Assembly: GCA_964016885.1 (NCBI GenBank)
Contig: OZ024740.1
Coordinates: forward strand, 173,042,001 to 173,106,000
DNA: 64,000 nucleotides
Direction of reading: 5' to 3'
DNA from: Eledone cirrhosa
Taxonomy: Eukaryota
The notes below the pieces were generated by a model. That model made no database searches and was not told the DNA's origin. It saw only the letters and a program-made list of their open reading frames with translations. The position numbers and the translations under genes were made by a program. Below, piece after piece: positions 53,439 through 64,000 of the stretch (positions are counted from its first letter, which is position 1; the number at the start of each line of letters is the position of its first letter).

Positions 53439-54127
53439 GAAAATGAGCGGAACAAGCAAACATTAATCAATTTTTTAAATAAATTAAAATACGATTTAAA
53501 TATTCACCTGTTCTAGTGCTGTGACCGACGGTTTTGCTTATCAAATGATTGGAAATTCAGAGAATTTCCAATGGAAAGAATAAGCTCTTCAGACACCTAT
53601 TTCCATACTACAGGGCAAAAAGCCTTGTACTTAGTAAATATATCGCTTTCTGCCGGATGCATGAGGTCAGGCCGTTAAAGTGACCCACACATAAATAGGC
53701 CGTAAGAAAAAGCGGGAATTATAGACTTGTTGAAATTTCATGTTACTAAAAATAGCAGCACGATACAACATTTTTTTCTCTACATAGAAGGAAAATACAT
53801 ATAAATGATATAAATATTCCAGTAGGTACTAAGTACCCACGGAAATATACATGGTATCTATAACAGTTGTTGTTCAATGGTACTAATTTGAGATACCAGA
53901 ACTATAAAAATGAGCGGAACAAGCAAACATTAAACAATCTTTTAAATAAATTAAAATACGATTTAAATATTCACCTGTTCTAGTGCTGTGACCGACGGTT
54001 TGGCTTATCAAAGATTGGAAATTCAGAGAATTTCCAATGGAAAGAATCAGCTCTTCAGACAGCTATTTCCATACCACAGGGCACAAAGCCTTGTACTTAG
54101 TAAATATATCACTTTCTGCCCGATGCA

Positions 54128-54130
<3 letters not shown>
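53436..54130 (-). mobile_element. Partial-tandem non-coding element (467-bp period) with two hammerheads, between (TA)n tracts
   Basis: Direct repeats 53440-53664 / 53906-54130; HHRs at 53518-53597 and 53985-54063: GCTGT-CTGAAGA-GCT(T/G)A...TAAGC-(A/C)AAA-CC gtc GG-TC-ACAGC. Confidence 0.78.
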
Positions 54131-54174
<44 letters not shown>

Positions 54175-54180
<6 letters not shown>

Positions 54181-54250
54181 TAACAGATTAAAGTTTAAGC
54201 AAAGAATCGCTGCTTTCACCCTTAACGGGATCTTCTGAAACTAACAAATA
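54175..54250. repeat. Short interspersed module beside (TA)n (also 34718-34790 and 58725-58780 inverted)
   Basis: AACAGATTAAAGTTTAAGCAAAGAATCGCT is present three times. Confidence 0.75.
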
Positions 54251-54284
54251 TATATATATATATATTGTGTGTGTGTTACGTATG

Positions 54285-55030
54285 TAACTACAGTTATATC
54301 ATCCCTAATATCAGGATCAATCACCACCACCATCCGCAATATTGGGTCCTCTATGTGGGTACACGACCTGCTAGAGATAGGAGTTGTGACATCAACAGTT
54401 CTACATGACTATCTTTGTCATATGCTGAATATTATCATGCTGAAGAACAATTTTCCTCCCAAACGAAATATTGTCCGCAGTTTGCGCTTATTACCATTAG
54501 GGTTGCCGGAAGTGCACAAACCTATGCGATTCCCGTCAACCCCCATCTCATATGTTTGAGAGAATAAGTAACGAACCTTATTTCGTTTGAGTTTTGTCCA
54601 CTTGGATCAATCCAAAACTTTCGAGAAGGTCGACCATCAGTTCTTCATGGTTTCCGCATCATGGTCGGTTTCAGTCTCAGTTTCAATGTCTAAATCGTTT
54701 CAATATAAAGCGGCATCTCTTCCATTGTGAGACCAAACAGCAACCTATTGGCACTGTTTCGCATCGCACGCTTTCGAACAGGAACTTGCAAGTGCTGTGT
54801 CGGATACACGAACGTTATCGAGCCGGACACCATGGAAATCATCAATTTGGTGGTCACCACACTGAAGAAGTATGAGATCTGGAGTAAGGTGGACTTGTAA
54901 CCAAACCCTCGAGGAAGTGTCATGGATCGTTGGATTACAAGTTGTGTTATTGTTCTTGGAGTTTGGTACGGATCAGATTTCCAGGTGGACAAGAACTGGA
55001 AGAGGTAACAAAGGTTAGTCAGTCTCATAT
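54285..55030 (-). pseudogene. Degenerate Tc1-like transposase relic
   Basis: Minus frame SFGRKIVLQHDNIQHMTK resembles the Tc1 FQQDNDPKH motif. Confidence 0.4.
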
Positions 55031-56063
55031 ATTGTTACTGTTGTTTAATCCCAGTAGTAACCGCTCTGTCTTTTCTTTTTCCTATGCTATGTGAACCCAA
55101 GACCACATTATCTAAGGTGCTCTTTTTTAAGAAGTTAAGATTTGATTTGAGGAAGGTTTAGCTGCAATTTATCAGCAGATCGGTGACCATGTAGAAGCTG
55201 TCTTATTAGCTAAATTCTATAGATTGTTTGACAAGGGTATCACTAACGACGGTCGAAGGTTTACCCAAAGTGTCAACAATGAAGCAGTGTACAGGCTATT
55301 CTAAATTATTTTTACGTCGGATATTACGAATAACTTCCAGAATTTCTTACCATAGCAGTACATCTCTAACGCTAACATGAAAAACATCGTAACCACATAC
55401 AGCTCAAGCATTACTGCCATGTCCCTCAATATCTCTACACACCATGACCATTACCACAAGTCAATGGGTGATCTTCTATGACGTCGATTGACATGCTAGA
55501 AATAAGCATCGAAATCTCCTCAAATTCCACTCTATCGTTTTGAGAAAAAGAAATCGTTGAACAACGTCGGTCTGAGCTTCCTACACAAAAGGAAAAGACA
55601 GGATAGTCATGACTAGAATGATTTTGATTCATAGGTCTGCTCGATCTGGGATTGATTTGGGGTTAAACAACAACAAAAAAAACGTTTATCACAACCCTCA
55701 CCACCACCACCACTACCGTTAAAACTAACTTCACTGCCGACAACACTTCCATAACATTGACTTTCACCAAAACCCTCTACCACTACAGCCGCTACTTTCA
55801 CAACAACCAGGCTGTTATCATACAACCACAGCAACCATGCAACATCCATTTTAAGAAAAATCTCTGCCTACTTCGGGTCTTAAATGGGTCATGTACCGCT
55901 TTGAAAAATATCTCTTGGAGGCCCTGTCCACACGCGGCTATAGTAAATGACACCTGCCCAAGATATCATGTAGGATCGAAACCAGAATTGCGAAACAAAC
56001 TTCTTCACTATTCAGTCATGCTGCCGTCACAATCCACACACTCCTACCACCACTACCATTATT

Positions 56064-56178
56064 ATTCAAATCCCGCCGAGGTTAACTTTGCCTTTCATCC
56101 TTACGGGGTCGATAAAATAAAGTACCAGTAATGTACTGGGTATTTGCTGGCCTTGCGCCAAAAGTAGAAACAATTATT
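56064..56178 (+). mobile_element. Truncated major SINE
   Basis: From the B box to the tail. Confidence 0.88.
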
Positions 56179-56229
56179 AGCCCTCCCTCTCACTAGAAAT
56201 GTCAGTTCAGCAAAGTTCATACCCTACAA

Positions 56230-57150
56230 CTACTGCTACCACCACCACTTCCGTCACCACCACTTCCGTCACCACCACTTTCATCAATTTAAGCTGCTAC
56301 AACACCAGTAGCAGCAACACCACTAACACCACTATCACTGTTACCTCTATAACTCATTCATTATCATCACCATAACCACAACTACCACTTTCATCAACAC
56401 CACCACCACCACAACCACCACCACTTGCACCACAACCATCACCACTTCAACAACACCACCACCACTTTCACTACAACTATCACCACTTTCACCACAACCA
56501 CCACCACTTCAACCACCACCACCACTTTCACCAAACCATCACCACTTTCACCACAACCACCACCACTTCAACAACACCACCACCACTTTCACCACAACCA
56601 TCACCACTTTCACCACAACCATCACCACTTTCACCACAACCACCACCACTTGCACCACAACCATCACCACTTCAACCACCACCACTACTTTCACCACAAC
56701 CATCACCACTTTCAAAACAATCATCACTACTTTTACCACCACCACAGCCACCAGCACCACAACTACCAGCAACACCACAATCACTACCACCACTTTCACC
56801 AATTCCACCACCACCACTTCCGCCATTAGCACCACCACTACCACAACTATCAGCACCTGCACCACTTCCACCACCACCACCTGCACCAGCACCACAACCA
56901 CCACCAACACCACCACCACTTTCACACAACCATCACCACTTCTACCACCAACACCACCACCACCACCACAGCTATCAGCACCAGCACCAGTTCCACCACC
57001 ACCACGTGCACCAGCACCACAACCACCACCAACACCACCACCACTTTCACACAACCATCACCACTTCTACTACCAACACCACCACCACCACAGCCATCAG
57101 CACCAGCACCAGTTCCACCAACACGACCACCACCACCACCACCGCCGCCG
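56230..57150. repeat. CAC-based compound minisatellite (21-bp TTCACCACAACCATCACCACT units and an about 125-bp higher-order duplication)
   Basis: Directly visible. Confidence 0.85.
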
Positions 57151-57567
57151 CCATTTATATTAACAATATCAAGCCGTCATTTTAAATCCTCATTTATTTA
57201 TGTTTACAGAGTTATATATTTGTTTTGTTCTATTTTCCACGTCGTTATTTGTCAATAAAAGCAATGAGGCTGTTATTATTTTCCATTTCATTTGCTTCTT
57301 AGACTGTCTGCAGCCTGGCGGTGTTAGTATTGTTTATGTGTATCCTGTGTGTTTGTTGGTGTACGCAGGCGGAAGGTAGTGGGTTAAAACTCTGTGGTGG
57401 TACGTATAACGGGTAATTAGTGCCTCAATTGCTTTCTTGTTTTGGATTAGGAAGAATTAATGAATAAAGAAATAAAAGAATTATGTAACCTGTTCAAAAA
57501 CTACATTTGCTTCCACAAAAAGTGCATATATGCTGACTGCTGCGAATATATATATATATATATATAT

Positions 57568-57758
57568 AGGCGGTGGATTGGTAGTATCGGTAGAGGGTCG
57601 GACGCCATGCTTTGCAGCAAAGAGTTACGGCCCTTTATGGTCTGAGTTCAAATCCCGCCGAGGTTAACTTTGCCTTTCATCCTTAGGGGGGTCGATAAAA
57701 TAAAGTACCAGTAATACACTGGGATAATTGCTGGCCTTGTGTCAAAAGTAGAAACAAT
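57568..57758 (+). mobile_element. Full-length major SINE between (TA)n tracts
   Basis: Consensus match. Confidence 0.92.
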
Positions 57759-57952
57759 ATATATATATATATATATATATATGAAAACAGGGAGACATAG
57801 ACGATTATTAGGAAGAAAAATATTTTTTTCCCTTTTTATTTATTTCTCTCTTTTTTCCTGGGCTAGCAAATGATTAAAACGAAATATTTTACTTTGTGTG
57901 AAGTGTTAAGGTATTAGGTGATTTATTTATTTTTTTATATATTTAATAATTG

Positions 57953-58027
<75 letters not shown>

Positions 58028-58051
58028 GTCTATATATATATATATATTGTC

Positions 58052-58095
<44 letters not shown>

Positions 58096-58259
58096 GTATG
58101 TATGTATTATGTATAAATGTATGTATGTGTATATATGTGTATATCCATGTATATATGTATATATATATATATATGTATATATGTATATATGTATATATAT
58201 ATATGTGTGTATATTCATATATGTATACATGTGTATGTATATGTGTATGTATACACACG

Positions 58260-58290
<31 letters not shown>

Positions 58291-58337
58291 GCATATCTAC
58301 ACACACACATATATATCAGTGTGTATATATATATATG

Positions 58338-58614
58338 ATGCGTGGCTTTGTGGTTAGGGTATTCGGCTGACAATCGTAAGGTTGTGAGCTCGATTTCCCG
58401 GCGAATCCTTGAGCAAGACACTTTATTTCACGTTGCTCCAGTCCACACAACTGGCAAAATTTAGTTCGATTGGCCAGCCCTGTCACATTCTGTGTCACGC
58501 TGAATCTCCCTGAGAACTACGTTAAGGGTACGCATGTCTGGGAAATGCTCAGCCGCTTGTACGTTAATTTCATAAAAAAGCTATTCCGTTGATCGGATCA
58601 ATTGGGACACTCAT

Positions 58615-58618
<4 letters not shown>
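58338..58618 (+). mobile_element. tRNA-headed SINE related to the second family
   Basis: TGGCTTTGTGGTTAG...GAGCTCGATT..CCTTGAGCAAGACACTTTATTTCACGTTGCTCCAGT. Confidence 0.75.
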
Positions 58619-58693
<75 letters not shown>

Positions 58694-58791
58694 ATAATAA
58701 TAAATTTGAAGACTAAAATCCAAAGAGGGCTCGATAAGGAGCGATTCTTTGCTTAAACTTTAATCTGTTATTTTAATAAATATATATATAA

Positions 58792-58893
<102 letters not shown>

Positions 58894-59049
58894 TTTATAC
58901 AATAGGTGGCTGGGTTTGTGATCTAGTCATTCCGATTAGTAGACCGTGATCAAAAGCACTCGATGTTATATGTAGCTTCCGTCATAGATGTGGTATCGTG
59001 TTGCTGAGGAAAGCAAGAGAGAACGCCACTGACTAAAGCGGTATTATAG

Positions 59050-59360
59050 TAGGAGTCGCTTTATTGAAGGTGGTTCTATTTGAAGACAGGTTAGAGAATC
59101 TCATGTTTTTCTTTTTAGGATTACATGCTTCTTACAAATTTATGGTTGTGTGGAGCATGTTGTTCTGGAATCACAATGTTAATGTACTTTGGCATTTCCA
59201 TCAATATAGGATCCAAAATGAGAAAGATAATTTCGAAGAGCAGCCAGTACTTTGTCAGCTTGTGGTCCGTAACCTGTCGGACAAAGAAGCCTGGATCTGG
59301 CAGCCATTTCACCAAACTGTAGCCGGAGTAAGTATTGCTACAGGCTGCAACAACCATTAG
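59050..59360 (-). pseudogene. Possible mariner transposase relic
   Basis: Weak matches: TVW-NG, IVIPEQHAPH and HEIL in mariner order. Confidence 0.3.
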
Positions 59361-60520
59361 AGACTTGGAACGGAAGGATGGTAATGCCGTCTAAACTTGT
59401 AAACACATTAAATATGAAATATAAATATAATATATTATTATAAGACCTTAATGCTAATCAAAATGTACACAAAAACATTTTTTAACAGATGAAAAGTATA
59501 CTACAGTACATTCGTATGGTATGAACTCCTAATTCCTGGTGTAGTCGGAAGGGTGCTGTAGTGACATACGGTGTATCTTGGGCATTTTGAAATCCTGACT
59601 GAACATGGCCGATTTCTTCCAGAGAAAGTGATAGAGAGGAAGTGAGACAGAGATATAGAGAAAGAATCGACTTCAATACTGGACTGGTGCTTTTTTTATC
59701 GACTGCAAAAAGTTGACCTCTTGGGCATTTGAACTCAGAGTGGAAAGAGCCGAAATGAATACTGTAAAGAATTCTATGGGATGTTATACCGACGCCTGTG
59801 TTATTGTAAAATACTAGGATAAAATGTGAATACTTGTAAATGTCTATGGTATTTCAGAACATAAGCGAGGAAATAAATGTATGGTGAGAAAAAGATATTA
59901 ATAGGTTTCGAATCAGTAAACTATTATGAGCAAAGAAAAAAAAATCAATGTAGTTGACTAGAATACAAGAAATCTAAAGAAAACATAGTTAAGCGTGGAG
60001 GTAAAATTAAGAAAAAAAACTGACTTATTTGAAAACAAGACTGCAATAAATAACATGAGCAAAGCTGAGACTACATAAAACCATATCATAACAGATAGAT
60101 AAAAGTGATTCCAAAACAATAAGTTGAGTTGAAATAAAAGAAACACTAACCTGGAATGTAATAAAGAAAGGTGACATCTAAGATGTAATGTCAGCGAATC
60201 TAGCAAGAATGACAATTTCTAGTTCTATACAGTATGAAGCCAGTATTACGCAAGTTATATGCAATAAGATTATTATTGTGTGGGAAGAGAATAAGACAAG
60301 GAAAATGTTAACGGGAAAACAAAACTGTTTCGGAAATAACAGCTGAAATGTATTTAAAGAACCATTAAAAGAGATATTGAATTGGAAAATATCTAAAACA
60401 AAGAATTTGGAAATTTTTAGTCATAATATTCTTACACACACACACACGCGCGCAGACACACACACGCACACACACACACATACAGACACATACTCACATG
60501 CAGACGCACACGTATGTGTG

Positions 60521-60643
<123 letters not shown>

Positions 60644-60737
60644 ATGACGAAACATTTGACACTAGGAAATAAATAATGTTTTTGAATGGCTACAATGACT
60701 TTTCTACGATGATGCAATTGCAGCACACACACCAATA

Positions 60738-60778
<41 letters not shown>

Positions 60779-60889
60779 AGATAAGCAGAACAAGTAAAAT
60801 TCAACCAATTTTTCAAAATAAATCAAAATTAATATACAATTAAAATTAATCAAAATTAAAAAATATAATATAAATATTTACCTATTCAA

Positions 60890-60975
60890 ATGGCCCTAAC
60901 TGTACAGTTTCACTTTGCAAAACATTAGATATCACGTAGATATTAATGGAAAAGCAAAGATCATCAGAGAAGCAT
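60890..60975 (-). ncRNA. Type I hammerhead ribozyme with long stem II loop, in an element (about 60778-61045) related to 53436-54130
   Basis: ATGCTTCT-CTGATGA-T-CTTTGC...GCAAAG-T-GAAA-CTGTACAG-TT-AGGGCCAT; perfect palindrome ACTGTACAGT as stem III. Confidence 0.8.
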
Positions 60976-61061
60976 TTTCCTATCCTAGGGTTAAAAACCC
61001 CAGGAACAACAAAATATATGACCTCACTCCAACTAATACAGGTCTGATAGATATATATATA

Positions 61062-61112
<51 letters not shown>

Positions 61113-63061
61113 GACACGCAGTGACTAACAACAGAATGTTTTAAGTCTGCGTGTCTGACATATATGCGTAGCTTGTGAATAAAAAACTCAAGGGGTGTCG
61201 CTGGCCGTGATGATCGCTGCCAAACATGTTTTGTAATGTATCGTCTTATTGGCTAATTTCATCGTCTTATTGGCTAATCAACCAACGAGAGTAATTGTTG
61301 CTCAAAAGCATCTGCCATTTTGTTTGCACGTTTATTTATCGTTTCGCTTTCGAATCTTCCTCCTGTATTTCGTCGTTTATCATCAAAATATTTTTCTCGT
61401 TTTGGTAAGTTATATTGTTAATTTATATATATGATTTTTTAAATTTATATTAACTATTTTTTTTCAGTTCGTTATAACATGCTTATAATATTTGTTGTAT
61501 ATTTGTCCATATTATTGTATTGTACTTACTTGTATATTTGTCCATATTATTGTTCGTTTTATGTTAGATTATTTTATTATTATTATGTTAGATTATTTTT
61601 TTATTATTATGTTAGACTATTTGTATGTAATATTTAATTTTTATTAATTCAACTATAACAATTATTATGTAAAATATATTTATTTAATATTGATTGTTTT
61701 TTGTAGTTGTTTATATTAAAAGTTTGAAAATATTTTTAGACATCTTACAATAATATTTATAAGATCATTTATAAAATAACAATTATATAATCTAATTACA
61801 TTACAACGATAATTATTATTAATATATATCATGTTTAACTAGCGTTATTACAAGCGTTGCCTTAAAAAAAATATTAAACTAGACCTGAAAAATGCGCAAG
61901 CTCAAAAGAGCCACAGAATGTTATAATAAACCTTCAAAAGTGTGGGACTAGAGTTTTGCTCAAAAATATTGTAATCATTATCTATTGTACACTCTGTGGC
62001 ATCTTTTTATAAAAAAGAGACTCATAACGAACTCAAGACGACACGATCATTATTTAAGTGAATTTATAATATAGAATCATATTGGGTATGAATCGAAGTT
62101 GTAGCCGCTTTATATATGCATATATTTATATACAGAGAGAGAGAAAAATATATATAACCGACCACTAATATTAAGCAAAGCATATAACAAACATTTTGTA
62201 TGTATGTGTGTGTGCCTCTGTGTTTGTGTGTGCCACACATTTGTAATACACATACTATAACTTCTACAATACACCTATATAGATATATCATATTTATGCT
62301 GATATAATATTAATTGAATTAAGATCAAGATGAGCTCAAAATACAGAGTTGTTCAAAATACAATTCTTGTTCAACTGTATTTAGTACGGTGTTCATATTT
62401 AGTGTCTAACAAAGGGTAATGGACAACTTTCATTTGCGTGCTTCTTGGATCGATAAAACAGGACCAATCCATTGGTTTACGAAAAAGAATTGATCTTGTG
62501 AATTGGATTGAGATCTGTATAACTGTAAGCTGTACAAAATATCGAATTTCCACTAGTGAATTCGAAGGGATTTTTTTGTTTATTTTGTTTTTTGTTTTTT
62601 TGTTGAAGTACCAACAAACTTCGGCATTTGAAACGGCTTTGGACGAAAAAGAAAAACCCCATCTGTAGCATACAGCAAAGGGGACATTCTCTGTCTCGAA
62701 AATGCCTGTTCCCAAACTGCAGGAGAAACCATGAAACTCATAAAGGAACTACACTGGGAAAAATTGCACCACCCACAATATTCTTCCAGCTATGCTCTTT
62801 TTGATTACCATTTATTTTGATGGACTTCTACACCAAGAGAGGCGGTTGAAAATAAGTTTCTCTTGAATTTCACACCAAGTCCAGTACATTCTTTATACAC
62901 GTGTCCTCGATAAAATTGTTGACAGATGGAATAAAGATATCAAAAGCAATGGAAAATATATTCATGATTAGATATATTTATAGATACCACTATATAGATG
63001 TGCAAGATATATATTAAAAACCAAACTTTCGTTCCAGCCTGACGCACGACACACACACGTG

Positions 63062-63154
<93 letters not shown>

Positions 63155-63191
63155 TCACACACACACACACGCGCGCATACACACACATACA

Positions 63192-63235
<44 letters not shown>

Positions 63236-63464
63236 GGATCCTCCGTGATTTTTTTTTACGGTAAGCCATCTCAAAGGTAGAAAGACACCCATACATACAC
63301 ACACATACACAATGTATAACATTTTCCTGTAACTATATGTATGGACGTTCGGAATATTTTCATAATTTCATTACTGTAACGACGAATTTTCTACTTAATT
63401 ACATCACAAATATTTATGACTAAATTTCTTTTTGTAGTGTTGAATGTTGGGTGTGGTGTGTTCG

Positions 63465-63603
<139 letters not shown>

Positions 63604-64000
63604 ATACAAAGAGAGAGAGAGGAGAGAGAGAGAGAGAGCAATAGAAAGATGGAAGGATATTCTACTAACTACAGCTATCCCTCACAATCGTGTATAACTT
63701 TGTAGTATATCCCATGGTTTTGCTAAGGTATTTTGTGCCCATGACGTTGCGAGCAGACACAGACACCGTCTCGGCCCTTCCACCTTTGATGACAGTAGGA
63801 ATGAAAGAAGGTTGCATAAACAATACATATGATGTATATAAATACAAGTGGGTATATATGTATTTATATATCATGAACTCCATCTTCCAGCAGAAGGACA
63901 GTTTGAAAATAACCTGGATGCATCCTCGTTCCAAACATTGGCACCTCATTGATTATATACTAGTGCGCCGGTGTGACCTGAAAGATGTCTTGCATACCAG

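Noticed and set aside
57568-57660. tRNA genes
   Set aside because: The A/B boxes belong to SINE heads and there is no cloverleaf.
63665-63949. 94-aa ORF as a host exon
   Set aside because: Only a faint resemblance to Tc1 transposase (PTVIKGG); no support as a gene.

Overview
AT-rich, microsatellite-saturated animal genomic DNA. The SINE and microsatellite content looks octopus/cephalopod-like, which is an inference. The only convincing host gene is a single-exon NHLH/HEN/NSCL-type neuronal bHLH gene (25117-25590, +). The rest is repeat-derived: more than 20 copies of one tRNA-headed SINE, other SINEs, relics of RTE, R4/Dong-like and L1/Tx1 LINEs, hAT, Tc1/mariner and Helitron remnants, two Penelope-like element (PLE) coding fragments, and a 27-bp satellite grown from a retroelement tail. 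The most striking hidden signal is a dense set of type I hammerhead ribozyme (HHR) motifs. By eye I found about 15 complete or near-complete motifs plus several half motifs, from roughly 8-9 unrelated sequence families, most in short non-coding elements beside (TA)n tracts. Several elements are fold-back pairs (inverted HHR copy + HHR copy + one-sided tail), one is a 467-bp partial tandem resembling a retrozyme, and several families share a TATTGAGTAC tail motif. All folds were read manually and cleavage activity is untested.
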